Source: an uncultured archaeon
GTDB lineage: Archaea; Asgardarchaeota; Heimdallarchaeia; Heimdallarchaeales; Kariarchaeaceae
NCBI GenBank assembly: GCA_964645535.1
Contig: CAZYCQ010000011.1
Span: forward strand, 1-64,000
DNA length: 64,000 nucleotides
Reading direction: 5' to 3'
The translations under genes were made by a program, and so were the position numbers. Shown piece after piece: positions 9,853 through 20,663 of the stretch (position 1 is its first letter; the number at the start of each line of letters is the position of its first letter). The notes under the pieces are model-generated. The model searched no databases and was not told the DNA's origin. It saw only the letters and a list, made by a program, of their open reading frames with translations.

Positions 9853-10236
9853 TCATTGATTTTTGTCGCCGAACCATTCTTTTCTGACCTTCTCCCGTTT
9901 CTCTTTCTGTCTTTGGTATGCTTTGGGATCCTCTCTCAGAAATTCTTCTTCTAGGGTTTTTACCTGTTCCAATACTGTATTTACCCATTCCTCCAGTTTT
10001 TCTGTGATTTCCATGATCAGTTGATCTATTGGTTTAGGTGTATAGATATACTTGAACTTGAATTTTTGCGATGGATCGCCCTTTAGTTTTTTCCTTGTGC
10101 AAAGGTTCTTTTGAATCAAATTATTAAGGCCTGTGGTTACCTTGTTTCGGAACCATGCATTTCCTGTATGCTCCATGAGGGTATCTATATCTGTTTCTTG
10201 CAATTGGTGAAGACTTACGAGTAATATGTATTCCAT
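9853..10236 (-). CDS. Winged-HTH transcriptional regulator (TrmB/MarR-like)
   Basis: DIDTLME...RNKVTTGLNNLIQKNLCTRKK...FKYIYTP followed by an amphipathic dimerisation helix. Confidence 0.65.
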   Translation of the reverse strand: MEYILLVSLHQLQETDIDTLMEHTGNAWFRNKVTTGLNNLIQKNLCTRKKLKGDPSQKFKFKYIYTPKPIDQLIMEITEKLEEWVNTVLEQVKTLEEEFLREDPKAYQRQKEKREKVRKEWFGDKNQ

Positions 10237-10322
10237 ATGTTATGAAGAATGCTGATTGCCCGAATTTTGACAGCCCAAAAGACAGTGTTTTTCCCTTTGT
10301 TTCCTTGAGAGGGTAGTTTTTG

Positions 10323-12815
10323 TCAAGTTTTTCTCCTTGACCACATCAATACAATAACTGCGAAAATTCCTCCCGCGATCATTAAGGGTGTATCTTCTGA
10401 TCGAGTTAATGGAGTCGTTGTTGTTCTTGAAACAGTTGCCCCTGTTGTTGCAGTAATGGTAGGGCTGCGGGTGAAATCAGTATAGCTTCCATCCATTGAA
10501 GACTCTGTGGAACTGCTTGTTGCTGAAGATGTCGATTCATTGGTGACTGAACTGCTTGTAGAGGTTGTTGAAGATGTCGATTCATTGGTGACTGAACTGC
10601 TTGTAGAGGTTGTTGAAGATGTCGATTCACTTGTGGATGGAATGCTTATTGTAGATGCAGTCGGAGACGACGTGGGGGATAAAATTGTTGAACTGCTGGT
10701 CTCTTCTGGATGGATATAGTACAATCGGCTGATGGTCGAATTAAGGTGGATGGGGATGCTGTAATTGTGCCTACCCGACAACATGAGAAACTGCATGCCT
10801 GTAAGCTGAAGCGTGGGAATCTTGATCTCCATCTTGGTTGGAGACTTCATGTTCATGGCAATGGGCTCTATCTGCGTGACATTTCCCCTGTACGTGATTG
10901 CTGAGATGTTATAATTGGAAAATGGTTGTCTGAACATGTTGACCACCAACGTGGTTGTATCCTCCAATTCCTCTTTACTTTCAAGCCAGAGAATGTTCTT
11001 TTCACCCGGGAACTTCTGAATTGAATAATAATATTCTGTCCTGTTGTTTATCCTTGCTGCCACTCGATAGGCGAGATTCTGCTGTTGATGCGGGAATATT
11101 GCAATTGCTGAACTGTTGGTGGGGTCATGTCCAGTTAAGTAGAAGGGGTAGGACGTCCAATGCTGTGTCCATATGTCTCCTACTTGAAGCTCAATATAGG
11201 TTCTGTTGGGATATGCGGGAATTGTTACCTGTGCATGGGTACTATTGATGGCCTCTGCCACAGGCATTGTTTGTGGTGCAATTTCAAAATCTCCGTCGGG
11301 GTTGAGTTTTATCCAATGAGTTGCCGAATTGCCTGCTCCATCTATTGCCTGAATGAACATGTACTTGGTCTTATTTCCATTTGTCTTATAGGTGGCACTA
11401 ATATTGGTTTCTGCACCACTGGCAGTTAGCTGTTTACTCCATTCCAAAGAATGGATGCCATCATGGGTATATGCCCTTAGGTAGTTTATGTTGGGATCGA
11501 TGGCAGTTACATTTACCCATTCTCCGTCTGAGAAGGTTTTGCTTGCATTGTATGCTTTGGAATTCACTTCAATCAATGGTGCGGTTCTATCCACACTAAA
11601 CTGTACTGATCGAGTTTCATTGCTATAAGCTACCGTCAGATTGTAATTTCCCTCTTGCAATCCTTTAAGGAGGTCTCCCGGCTTCAGGTCAACTTGCACT
11701 CCATTGAGGTATACTGCTGTAGCATTTTCTGGAGTATATGCAACAGGGATGTTCTCGTCATTGAACACTCCGCCATCATATGGATACTTGATCCATGGTT
11801 TCTGAATGAGACCCTTTTGGTGGAGAATGGCCTGTTTGAGAAATGCTCTCAATCCTTCATTGCTGTTTAAAAAGCTAGATGCCCCCCCTGATATGCCGAC
11901 TGAAAAAATGCCTATGTGGATGATGCTTCCCCCATAAGGACCAAATGGGAATTTTTCATAGATTCTGATACCTCTGTCCGGCTGTTGGAAACTGGATTGC
12001 CATGTAGCAATGGTATGCATGTTGGGTGTCACAACAGTGTTTTCTTCATATGAGGAATACCCCTGTCCAATAATAGAATGTCCCATACTGGCTAATTTTA
12101 CTGCTACGGGGTGAGGATTGTTCCCTGTGCTGTTTACTGCCGCTCCTTGCATAGTTCCTTTCCTAAAGGTGTGGTATCTGCTTCCAATCCAGTCATAATG
12201 TTCAAAAGTAGATCTAGTATTCAAAAAGCGGCTCTTGTAGATATCCATCCTAGTTCCGTTTTGACCGTCAAATTCCCACCCATGACCCGCAAAAAGTGCA
12301 AGGGAATCTGTTTCCTCATTGTAATCCACTTCTCCGAAAAAGGCATTCCCGTTGAGAATGATCACGTTTCCCCCCGCTTTGACAAATCTTGCCACGTTAT
12401 GGTACTCCTCAAGAGTTACATATTCATTATGGAAAAAAAGCAGGACGTCATATTTTGGTAATCCTTCTGGAGTGAAGATACCCCCTTTATGTACAACTCG
12501 ATCATCAATAACGTGGATTTGTGAGTTAGTAAATCCTTCATTCCGCAGGGCGTAGATGGCAGTGCTTTTCATGCTTGTTGCCGTGGGCACATCTCTTACG
12601 AGGTAGGACTTGGCATTGAGGTTCGGATTGGAAAAAAACGAATAATAGCCACTATAGGCCGCTCCGGTAAATGTTCGCATGACCAAACCGATTGACAGGC
12701 TCTGCATTCCAAATTCTGTCTCGCTGGCAGTAACCTGCTCGTTTGGGAAGGTTGAGCCAAAAGAAATTGCGACTAGTAGGAAAATGATGGTATAGGTCGC
12801 CCTGCCCATGCGCAT
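10323..12815 (-). CDS. Surface glycoprotein with N,N-dimethylformamidase-beta-like (class I GATase-like) domain, Ig-like region, Ser/Thr linker and C-terminal anchor
   Basis: Signal peptide; YDVLLFFHNEYVTLEEYHNVARFVKAGGNVIILNGNAFF; VDRTAP Ig-like boundary; S/T-rich stalk; TPLMIAGGIFAVIVLMWSRRKT. Confidence 0.75.
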   Translation of the reverse strand: MRMGRATYTIIFLLVAISFGSTFPNEQVTASETEFGMQSLSIGLVMRTFTGAAYSGYYSFFSNPNLNAKSYLVRDVPTATSMKSTAIYALRNEGFTNSQIHVIDDRVVHKGGIFTPEGLPKYDVLLFFHNEYVTLEEYHNVARFVKAGGNVIILNGNAFFGEVDYNEETDSLALFAGHGWEFDGQNGTRMDIYKSRFLNTRSTFEHYDWIGSRYHTFRKGTMQGAAVNSTGNNPHPVAVKLASMGHSIIGQGYSSYEENTVVTPNMHTIATWQSSFQQPDRGIRIYEKFPFGPYGGSIIHIGIFSVGISGGASSFLNSNEGLRAFLKQAILHQKGLIQKPWIKYPYDGGVFNDENIPVAYTPENATAVYLNGVQVDLKPGDLLKGLQEGNYNLTVAYSNETRSVQFSVDRTAPLIEVNSKAYNASKTFSDGEWVNVTAIDPNINYLRAYTHDGIHSLEWSKQLTASGAETNISATYKTNGNKTKYMFIQAIDGAGNSATHWIKLNPDGDFEIAPQTMPVAEAINSTHAQVTIPAYPNRTYIELQVGDIWTQHWTSYPFYLTGHDPTNSSAIAIFPHQQQNLAYRVAARINNRTEYYYSIQKFPGEKNILWLESKEELEDTTTLVVNMFRQPFSNYNISAITYRGNVTQIEPIAMNMKSPTKMEIKIPTLQLTGMQFLMLSGRHNYSIPIHLNSTISRLYYIHPEETSSSTILSPTSSPTASTISIPSTSESTSSTTSTSSSVTNESTSSTTSTSSSVTNESTSSATSSSTESSMDGSYTDFTRSPTITATTGATVSRTTTTPLTRSEDTPLMIAGGIFAVIVLMWSRRKT
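10510..10629. repeat. 45-bp tandem repeat (~2.7 copies) encoding ESTSSTTSTSSSVTN
   Basis: gaagatgtcgattcattggtgactgaactgcttgtagaggttgtt repeated exactly twice, plus partial copies. Confidence 0.9.
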
Positions 12816-12869
12816 TGATCTGTTTGACCAGTTATTAATTTTTCCTTACGATGGTTCTCTTTTTGTAAA

Positions 12870-14084
12870 TTAATGCAATATCTTGCGTTTTTTCGGTACT
12901 GACTTTAACTTTGTAGGAGGTGGTTCTCTCTTTATGCTTCTGAAAGGATGATCCACCCTCTTGAGATTCTTTTTAATCATTCTTTCAATTCCTCGAAATA
13001 TTCTTACCTCGTCCGGCCCACAGAAACTGTAGGCTATCCCATCTCTGCCCGCTCTTGCAGTCCTACCTACCCGGTGCACATAAGTTTCTGGGGTGTCTGG
13101 AAGATCATAATTGATGACATGCGTAATGTTGTCTACATCAATTCCCCGGGCTGCTACATCCGTGGCAACAAGAACTCTGCTTTTTCCAGTTCTGAAGGCA
13201 TCCAATGCCATTTCTCGGGCTGATTGTGACTTGTTTCCGTGAATGGTTATGGACCTGATGCTATTGCGGTTCAAGAGTCCTGCGACTTTCTCTGCTCCAT
13301 ATTTTGTCCGTGTGAAAATAAGCACCTTTTCTGTATTCGGTTGCAAAAGAAGGTGACGGAGAAGCCCAAATTTCTTCTGTTGCTCCACAAAAAACACAAT
13401 GTTATCAATGGTCTCAACTGTCCTTCCTGTCCTGTGCACTATTACTTCTATTGGATCTTCCATGAATTGGTGTGAGAGTTTCACAACGTTCGAGGTCATT
13501 GTAGCTGAAAAGAGAAGTGATTGCCTTTTTTCCGGCAACATTCTCAGAATTTTTCGAATGTCTCCAATAAATCCCATATCCAACATCCTGTCTGCCTCGT
13601 CAAGCACAACTGTCTCAATGGTTTTGAACGATAAATGCCCCTGATTTGCCAGGTCTAGCAACCTTCCGGGAGTCCCAACAACGATATCAGTTCCCTTCTT
13701 CAAAATTCTTACTTGGGGATGCTGGGAAACTCCACCATAGATCGTTACATTTCTTACTTTCACGAATTTTCCGTATTCCTCAACCGCATTGGAAATCTGA
13801 AGTGCTAACTCACGTGTAGGTGCAACTATCAGCACTCGTGGATTGTGCTTTCTCTTTTCCAAACGAATTTTCTGTAGCAAGGGAAGAACAAATGCTCCCG
13901 TTTTCCCTGATCCTGTTTGGGCAACACCAAGCAGATCACGTCCATCCAAGATGATTGGTATGGCTTTTCTTTGTATTTCTGTTGGTGATGTATGGCCAAG
14001 ACTTGCTGTCCCGTTCACCAATGGCTCAATCAAATCAAGTTCTCCAAAAGTCGTCAAAAAATGATCTCCCAAAATACCAAACAA
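12870..14084 (-). CDS. DEAD-box RNA helicase (RhlE-like)
   Basis: AQTGSGKT, PTRELA, TPGRLLD, DEAD, SAT, ARGID, YVHRVGRTARAG. Confidence 0.95.
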   Translation of the reverse strand: MFGILGDHFLTTFGELDLIEPLVNGTASLGHTSPTEIQRKAIPIILDGRDLLGVAQTGSGKTGAFVLPLLQKIRLEKRKHNPRVLIVAPTRELALQISNAVEEYGKFVKVRNVTIYGGVSQHPQVRILKKGTDIVVGTPGRLLDLANQGHLSFKTIETVVLDEADRMLDMGFIGDIRKILRMLPEKRQSLLFSATMTSNVVKLSHQFMEDPIEVIVHRTGRTVETIDNIVFFVEQQKKFGLLRHLLLQPNTEKVLIFTRTKYGAEKVAGLLNRNSIRSITIHGNKSQSAREMALDAFRTGKSRVLVATDVAARGIDVDNITHVINYDLPDTPETYVHRVGRTARAGRDGIAYSFCGPDEVRIFRGIERMIKKNLKRVDHPFRSIKREPPPTKLKSVPKKRKILH

Positions 14085-14185
14085 GTACTCATATCCTTAC
14101 ATCTTCTTCATTTGTTAAAAGGATACAGCTCCTGTTCAAAAAGACCAATTAAAACAAGAGTCGGGAATAATTCCATTCCGCGAAA

Positions 14186-15730
14186 TCAGTTCTTCTTCCG
14201 CTTCCTTAACACAAGAACCATCGCCATCAACAATACCGGATAATTCACTGAAGAATTTCCTGTTTCTTCCGTTACTGGTGTTGTAGTGGCACCTGTCTCA
14301 TTCTTGAGGATACTCTGCGATGCCGGTAATTTCATCTCCGGAACAGGGATCTTTTTCAATCTCCCTATAAACCCTGTTGTTCCGGAATTTCCAATTACAT
14401 AAAGCGACCCTCCATCCTTGGCAGTCTGTACAATGGAAGAGGATGAATTCCCCATCCGTTTCACTGTTCCATCACCAATATCAAGCAAAGCAACGTATGA
14501 GGCATTGTACAGGGGTTCATACATAGTCACTGCCACACTGTCATTGACTTGGACGACATCTTGCATGTGATTGTAATATACCTTGTCTTTCCCCGGTCTG
14601 ACAAATCCACTGACCCAAATCGGAGAGAAATCCGCATCCATCCGGACAATCATCCGAAGATAGGGGATTTCATAATCGAAAGGATATGACCGACTTATAT
14701 TGTACGAATACAGATTGTCAACATCTGCATATTTCTCCATACCTGCAACATAGACATCTTTTGCAATAACAAATGATCCATCATCCAGCAATTCCATCTT
14801 GCCTGAGGAAAACCACGAGTTTAGATCATTCACAAGAAAACTATCCTGAAACACAAAGTGCGTGTGCAGAAGCTCTCCATCGAGCGAGAATTCAGTCATC
14901 ACCAGATTATACACCCATTCTTCCTTCCATGCCTGATCTCCTTCCGCAATGGGAAAGTTGAATGATTCTGAATAGCCCGAAATGATAAGAGTATCATTTT
15001 TCAATATCATGCCAATCGGAATGTCCGGGAATATTCCTCCTATGTATGTACTCCATGAAAGTGTCCCGTCTGCGGTGAACTTGCTCAAAAAGAAGTCCTC
15101 CCTATTCCTCCAATCACGGTTTCCAGGATTGGGTTGAAAAGCATTTTCTGTCGTAGGGAAGTTGTATGAGGTGGTAAGCCCGAACACATAGAGATTCCCA
15201 TCGTTGTCAACTGCAATATCACGTACACTTTCCATCGAATCACCCCCCATCACCCAAGACCATTGCGGAACTAGATTTGAATTCAATTTCACTATCAGAA
15301 TGTTGAAATCAATGTAGTATGGCTCATCTGGAACATTCGCACTAAGATTCGCAGGAACCAAAATGACATCCGCGACGAAATAATATTCACCCATGGAACC
15401 TTCTACAATTCTTGCATTAGCTATCCTTCCTTCATGAGCTGGATCCATTGTCCATGAAGGATAATTAAGCATTACCTCTGCCAAAAGGGTTCCATTGCGA
15501 TGCCTTTTTTCCAATGTGAAGGCATTTCCTACGTGACTCTCTAGATCATGCTTCATGATTGTGATATATGAATCATTCAAAAAAAGAACATCAACAGTCA
15601 TCGATCCATTAAATTGCATGCTTGTATCAAAATCAACTGCAAATACATCCAGATGAATGACTGCTGAATAAGGCTCTCCTGAAATATTCAATGTCAATAA
15701 TAAGGGTATGAGAAGCAACACCTTACGCAT
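14186..15730 (-). CDS. Surface protein with SBBP-type beta-propeller repeats and C-terminal anchor
   Basis: DIAVDNDGNLYVFGLTTSYNFPTT..AFQ and DFFLSKFTADGTLSWSTYIGG repeats; C-terminus YPVLLMAMVLVLRKRKKN. Start moved to ATG 15730, just after the S8 stop. Confidence 0.8.
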   Translation of the reverse strand: MRKVLLLIPLLLTLNISGEPYSAVIHLDVFAVDFDTSMQFNGSMTVDVLFLNDSYITIMKHDLESHVGNAFTLEKRHRNGTLLAEVMLNYPSWTMDPAHEGRIANARIVEGSMGEYYFVADVILVPANLSANVPDEPYYIDFNILIVKLNSNLVPQWSWVMGGDSMESVRDIAVDNDGNLYVFGLTTSYNFPTTENAFQPNPGNRDWRNREDFFLSKFTADGTLSWSTYIGGIFPDIPIGMILKNDTLIISGYSESFNFPIAEGDQAWKEEWVYNLVMTEFSLDGELLHTHFVFQDSFLVNDLNSWFSSGKMELLDDGSFVIAKDVYVAGMEKYADVDNLYSYNISRSYPFDYEIPYLRMIVRMDADFSPIWVSGFVRPGKDKVYYNHMQDVVQVNDSVAVTMYEPLYNASYVALLDIGDGTVKRMGNSSSSIVQTAKDGGSLYVIGNSGTTGFIGRLKKIPVPEMKLPASQSILKNETGATTTPVTEETGNSSVNYPVLLMAMVLVLRKRKKN

Positions 15731-15735
15731 CAAAA

Positions 15736-17016
15736 TCACCAATAGTAAAAATTGTGAACAACGCATCTATAAGATTCATAAGAATCTTGATATGCCTTAT
15801 ATACATCAACCCAGCCCCAACCAAGATAATGGTTCCAAGCCATCCCTGTGTTGGCCTTTAAAGTTGAAATGATGTTTGGTACAGAGGGGTAAGTCAATGG
15901 ATCACCACATGTCTTCCTAGCCGCAAGTCTTCCTTCAAGAAGCATGGCCACTGCTGCTGCAAAATAAGGGGCACTATAGCTTGTTCCGCGATTTTTAACC
16001 CAAGATAATTGATGAGTTCCTAAGGTATCAATTATTGTTGGTCTTACAATAGGAACATATTCGCCGGGCATGGCGAAATCAACACTTCCTGCCATGTCTT
16101 TATATGTGTCTCCCCATGCTGAAAACCATGATCGTTGACTGGTATTATGATTAACGGATGCAATTGCATACCATTCTGGATAAATTTGCGGGTAGAAATA
16201 ATATCTTCCATCCTCCAATCGAAGATTATATGCATAGGGATGATTTCCACCTGCAACTACCATGGTGACTCCCATATTAAATAATTGGGTGAAAAAACTA
16301 GTTGTTGTAACTGAAAAACCAGTTGGGAAATTTGCAGACATTGAAATAATCCGAATATTATAGGTCTCTCGGTTTTGGATAATCCAATTGAATGGGTCTT
16401 TGCTGGAATCATAAGTGGTCGGAAACAAAAGGAACCCTAATTCTCTTGTAAATTGGCTTCCTGGTTCGTCATTCATTGAATCAATGTCAATGAAAACAAC
16501 TCTAGCATCCCTATAAATCGTTCCAAGGGCGGTTAATACACCTACCGCATGGGTAATGGGATGCTTTGGATAAACTTCATGGCTATTGTCGTTGGGTATT
16601 TTTGTATCATAATAATCTGGTATTTGATCATAGGAATCAATTCCTTCACTACCAGTTTCAATGATTTGACCAGTATCCTTATCGTAGAAAACATATCTCA
16701 CAATATCGACTCTAGCATAGGGATTTGTTTCTAAATAATGCCATTGCAATGGTGTCAATCCGTCATCCAGAACCGCAATTGTGAAGTCATGTGTGAGTTG
16801 AGGATTTGAGGCAATTAAGTCATCACAATTCACGAAAATTAGGGCTCCATGAGTACATGATTTCACCAACTCGGGATCAACTGACGGATATCCGCCAATG
16901 GTTCCCAAATCGTTCAGGCTTGAAATTCCATTTTGGACGGATGAAATAGGAATTCCAATTGATAATCCAAAAATCAAGCAAATCATCAATAATCCTTTCA
17001 ACCTACGCGAAAGCAT
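15736..17016 (-). CDS. Secreted S8 family serine peptidase (subtilase)
   Basis: Signal peptide; IAVLDDG (Asp), THAVGV (His), VAGGN (oxyanion Asn), GTSYSAP (Ser), GWGWVD. Confidence 0.85.
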   Translation of the reverse strand: MLSRRLKGLLMICLIFGLSIGIPISSVQNGISSLNDLGTIGGYPSVDPELVKSCTHGALIFVNCDDLIASNPQLTHDFTIAVLDDGLTPLQWHYLETNPYARVDIVRYVFYDKDTGQIIETGSEGIDSYDQIPDYYDTKIPNDNSHEVYPKHPITHAVGVLTALGTIYRDARVVFIDIDSMNDEPGSQFTRELGFLLFPTTYDSSKDPFNWIIQNRETYNIRIISMSANFPTGFSVTTTSFFTQLFNMGVTMVVAGGNHPYAYNLRLEDGRYYFYPQIYPEWYAIASVNHNTSQRSWFSAWGDTYKDMAGSVDFAMPGEYVPIVRPTIIDTLGTHQLSWVKNRGTSYSAPYFAAAVAMLLEGRLAARKTCGDPLTYPSVPNIISTLKANTGMAWNHYLGWGWVDVYKAYQDSYESYRCVVHNFYYW

Positions 17017-17264
17017 AGGTCGTGCAGAAAAAAAAATATAAAAATGTTTTCATTAGTTCGCACTTTGTGCAAAAATATGCGCGTGTTTTTTGAAATACCA
17101 AACCTATCTGTCCTGAAATTGACTTTTTTCATAAAAAATAAAGCTTGGATGATGTGTTGAAAATCCAATTCACCTTCAAACAGAAAGCTATGATTATTTT
17201 TTTAAAAACTAAATACTACATAAAATTAGTACGTATCAACCTCATACTGCATACGGAAAAAATC

Positions 17265-17379
17265 GCAGGGGTCGCCCAGCCTGGTCAACGGCGCTAGGTT
17301 CAGGGATTTCGCGCAGATGCTCGAAAGGTGAAACTCCTAGTCCTTTAGAGGTTCGTGGGTTCAAATCCCACCCCCTGCA
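17265..17379 (+). tRNA. tRNA-Leu(CAG) with 30-nt intron at canonical 37/38 (17305..17334)
   Basis: Acceptor GCAGGGG/CCCCTGC, anticodon stem CTAGG/CCTAG, CAG at 17301-17303, BHB central helix TTCA/TGAA, long variable arm, GTTCAAATC T loop, discriminator A. Confidence 0.92.
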
Positions 17380-17446
17380 TTTTACCTGATGAACTCGTCA
17401 AGCTGTACGAGTGGATCAGAAGGATTTCATTAATGGGCATTTCCGA

Positions 17447-18818
17447 TCATTTATAGATTCTGTTCCTATTTTTTCTGTTAATGATTATGGCTATTGCAAG
17501 GAAAAATCCCATTCCGAGAGGAACTGGATATTGGACAGATGGTGTGGAAAGAGGTTGTGTTAAAGTACTGTTTTGCATTGGTGAAGTCGATTCCATGGAT
17601 GTTGTAACTGTTATTGCAGGAGGTTCATATTTTATGATGGTTCGTTCAATGGATATGTTGTGGTTTGTTTTCCAAGTTCCTACACGGATTAAGTCCAAGG
17701 CGTTGGTGGTGTTTTGAACCTGATATATCGCATACTCTCCATTGATGTTGTCACCAAATTCATCGAAGGTAATGTTTCCTGATACTCCCTGATAGTTTGT
17801 TCCAACTTCACGTATTTGGTTTTTGACACTAATCCCGACTGTATCATTTGCGGCAATTATTGCTTTTCCTGCTATCATTGTTGCATCATATGCATTTGGA
17901 GCATAAGGAATGGGATCAGATTGATAACGTTCTCTGTATCTTGAATTAAATTCAGCAGAAGAATTGGAGGCTATTGATGTTGCTATGAGTCCTAAGACAT
18001 ATTTTTCGTTTTGTAGTTTGTCAAAGATAATTGGAGAGACAAGTGCATCGATTCCTATAATTGGCACGTTTACTCCCAGTTCCCTCAACTCTGTTATAAG
18101 CTCTGCTCCATCTTCATGGAAAGTGATCATATAGATTCCTTCAGGGTTTGCTTCTTTAATTTCAATTGCAAGTTCGGTTAAATTAGTTTGAAACTCCTCA
18201 TAGGTCTTTGAGAAGACAACATTGTTGTCCGGATCATTTGAAAGGAAGGCACTTGTAAAATTCGTAGAAATGCCCCTTACGTACATATTGCTAATTCCGA
18301 CGACCGCAATCTGATCAATTCCAAAGAGATAATCTGCAATATCTGCGCCTGCAATTCCTTGGTAGATATCGGAAAGCGGGATTCTGAAGAAAAAGTCATT
18401 ATCGTCTGCATTGGTTAGTCCTGGTAGTGGATGCATAGCTGATCATTGGTATTTGATTGTCTCTTGCCATCTCTATTGCTGCAAGTGTCACGAATGAGGC
18501 GGCAGCACCCACTACAACAGACACATTTTCTACAATGAGTGCTTGCATTGCATCTCTGACCCCGTTGGTAGAAGTTTTCGTATCTTCTACAACGAGCTCG
18601 AATTGAAATGTAGTGTTGAGTTCATTGAGATCCTCGATCGCAAGTGTCGCTGCATTTAGCCATCCTTGTCCAAATGATTCGAGTGCCCCAGTCAGTGGGG
18701 TGAGCAGTCCTATTCTTGCAATTATCGGTTGAGCTTGTGAGACATTTTGTTCGGCATGTACGGAGACTGCTGTCATCACAAGTATAATTGCGAATGTGAG
18801 CGCTGTTGCCCTTTTCAT
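17447..18818 (-). pseudogene. Branched-chain amino acid ABC substrate-binding protein (LivJ-like), frameshifted near 18425
   Basis: RIGLLTPLTG...VVEDTKT...VVGAAAS...IPMISYAST in one frame continues as PGLTNADDNDFFFR...YAPNAYDA...GVSGNITFDEFGD in another. SD aaggag before ATG 18818; C-terminal anchor. Confidence 0.85.
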
Positions 18819-18858
18819 CACTCCTTTTTCTGCAAATGTACATAAAAATGTTTTTTGG

Positions 18859-20133
18859 TTATCGGAGGAGGGTGAACCCTGGATAGAGAGGAAACTGTTG
18901 GCACATTTCCTTAACGGCAAGTTTGACACTTTCTAATGTTCCTTTGTCTTCTGGATGGGAAAGTGTCTTGACGATGAGTTCGCCGATTTCTTTCATTTCA
19001 GACGTCCCCAACCCTCTTGTCGTAAGTGCTGGTGTACCTATTCTAATACCTGAGGGATCGAATGGGCTTCTCGTATCAAATGGGATCATATTCTTGTTGG
19101 TGAAGATTCCGACCGTGTCAAGGATCTTTTCAGCTTGTTTACCTCCAATTCCGTATTTGGTGATGTCAAGAAGGAGGAGATGGTTGTCTGTTCCTCCTGT
19201 GATGACATCTGCACCGTTTTCAATGAGAGATTCTGCGAGTGTTTGCGCATTCTTTTTAATGCTTTTTGCATATTCTTTAAAATCTGGTTGAAGAGCTTCC
19301 TTGAAGCTAACCGCTTTTGCAGCGATGATGTGATCCAGTGGCCCTCCTTGCATTCCAGGAAAAACGGCGCGGTTGACAGCCGTTTCATGCTCTGCTTTTC
19401 CCATGATTATTGCTCCTCGTGGACCTCTGAGTGTTTTATGCGTGGTTGTGGTTACAATGTCACAATGGGGGACGGGATCAGGATGTTCTTTTGCAGCAAC
19501 AAGCCCAGCAATATGGGCAATATCTGCCATAAGATAGGCGTCTACTTCATCTGCAATCTCCCTGAAATGCTTAAAGTCGAGTTCACGGGGATATGCCGAG
19601 AATCCTGCAAGGATGAGTTTCGGTTTAACCTCTTTTGCAATTCTGAGTACCTCATCCATGTCGATCATTTTGGTCTCTTTGTCGACTCCATAAAAATGGA
19701 AGTCATAGAACTTCCCTGAAAAATTGACCTTGTGACCATGTGTCAAGTGTCCTCCTTGGTCGAGAGACATGCTGAGGATTTTATCTCCCAATTCAAGAAG
19801 AGCAAAATACGCTTCCATGTTGGCAGTTGACCCGGAATGCGATTGCACATTGACAAAATCGGCACCAAACAATTTCTTGGCTCGATTAATTGCAAGCTGT
19901 TCTGCAATGTCGATAAACTCGTTTCCTCCATAATATCGTTTTCCAGGATAACCTTCCGAATACTTGTTGGTTAGGACGGATCCCATGGCTTGGAGAACTG
20001 CCTTTGATACGTAGTTCTCTGAGGCAATCATTTCCAATCCATCCCGTCCTCTATTGAGCTCATTGATCATGACGTCAAAAATTTCCTTGTCAGCCTGTTC
20101 GATGTCTGACATGAACCAGTTGTGAAACATCAA
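18859..20133 (-). CDS. glyA: Serine hydroxymethyltransferase
   Basis: [44 protein letters not shown]. Confidence 0.97.
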   Translation of the reverse strand: MMFHNWFMSDIEQADKEIFDVMINELNRGRDGLEMIASENYVSKAVLQAMGSVLTNKYSEGYPGKRYYGGNEFIDIAEQLAINRAKKLFGADFVNVQSHSGSTANMEAYFALLELGDKILSMSLDQGGHLTHGHKVNFSGKFYDFHFYGVDKETKMIDMDEVLRIAKEVKPKLILAGFSAYPRELDFKHFREIADEVDAYLMADIAHIAGLVAAKEHPDPVPHCDIVTTTTHKTLRGPRGAIIMGKAEHETAVNRAVFPGMQGGPLDHIIAAKAVSFKEALQPDFKEYAKSIKKNAQTLAESLIENGADVITGGTDNHLLLLDITKYGIGGKQAEKILDTVGIFTNKNMIPFDTRSPFDPSGIRIGTPALTTRGLGTSEMKEIGELIVKTLSHPEDKGTLESVKLAVKEMCQQFPLYPGFTLLR

Positions 20134-20180
20134 GCTTTATGATTCTGGCACATTGTTTAAAAATTCGCAAAGTTCTGCAT

Positions 20181-20663
20181 TTAAATGGTTAATTTTTGGT
20201 CAAGGTCTTCAAACGATCCATTTGCCTTTGCCTTAAGAAAAATTGTACGAATAAGCTGTTCAAAAGCTGTTTGGCAGGCGAGAACCTCGATTTTTCTATC
20301 TTTCAGGTCATCATCGCCAATCCATGAAGCAAGGATATCAATCATCTCTGAAAGGGAAATGATTGAATTGAAGTATGCAAATGCAATGAGGGCTTCGACT
20401 CCATCAGCAATTTTGTCCCTTTTGAAACGGTTGGGAAAGTACCTAATAAGACCTGTATCTCTGGCTGCATTGGTGAGTGCCCGATCCCAGACATGTATTG
20501 ATCCTCCTTTTCCCTTGATCCCTATCCTCATGGTGGTATAGACAAAATTGGTGAGAAAGTCCCCTATTTGAGCCAGATCTGTTGACTTAACCACTTCTCT
20601 AATGCTTTTGGAGCTCAATATTCGCTCAAGATGGGGTAATGCTTTCTTATTCGGGGTATGCAT
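20181..20663 (-). CDS. Archaeal ribonuclease III-family protein (single RNase III-like domain)
   Basis: LAQIGDFLTNF and IADGVEALIA RNase III-like motifs. Start placed at the ATG overlapping the rpoL end. Confidence 0.75.
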   Translation of the reverse strand: MHTPNKKALPHLERILSSKSIREVVKSTDLAQIGDFLTNFVYTTMRIGIKGKGGSIHVWDRALTNAARDTGLIRYFPNRFKRDKIADGVEALIAFAYFNSIISLSEMIDILASWIGDDDLKDRKIEVLACQTAFEQLIRTIFLKAKANGSFEDLDQKLTI

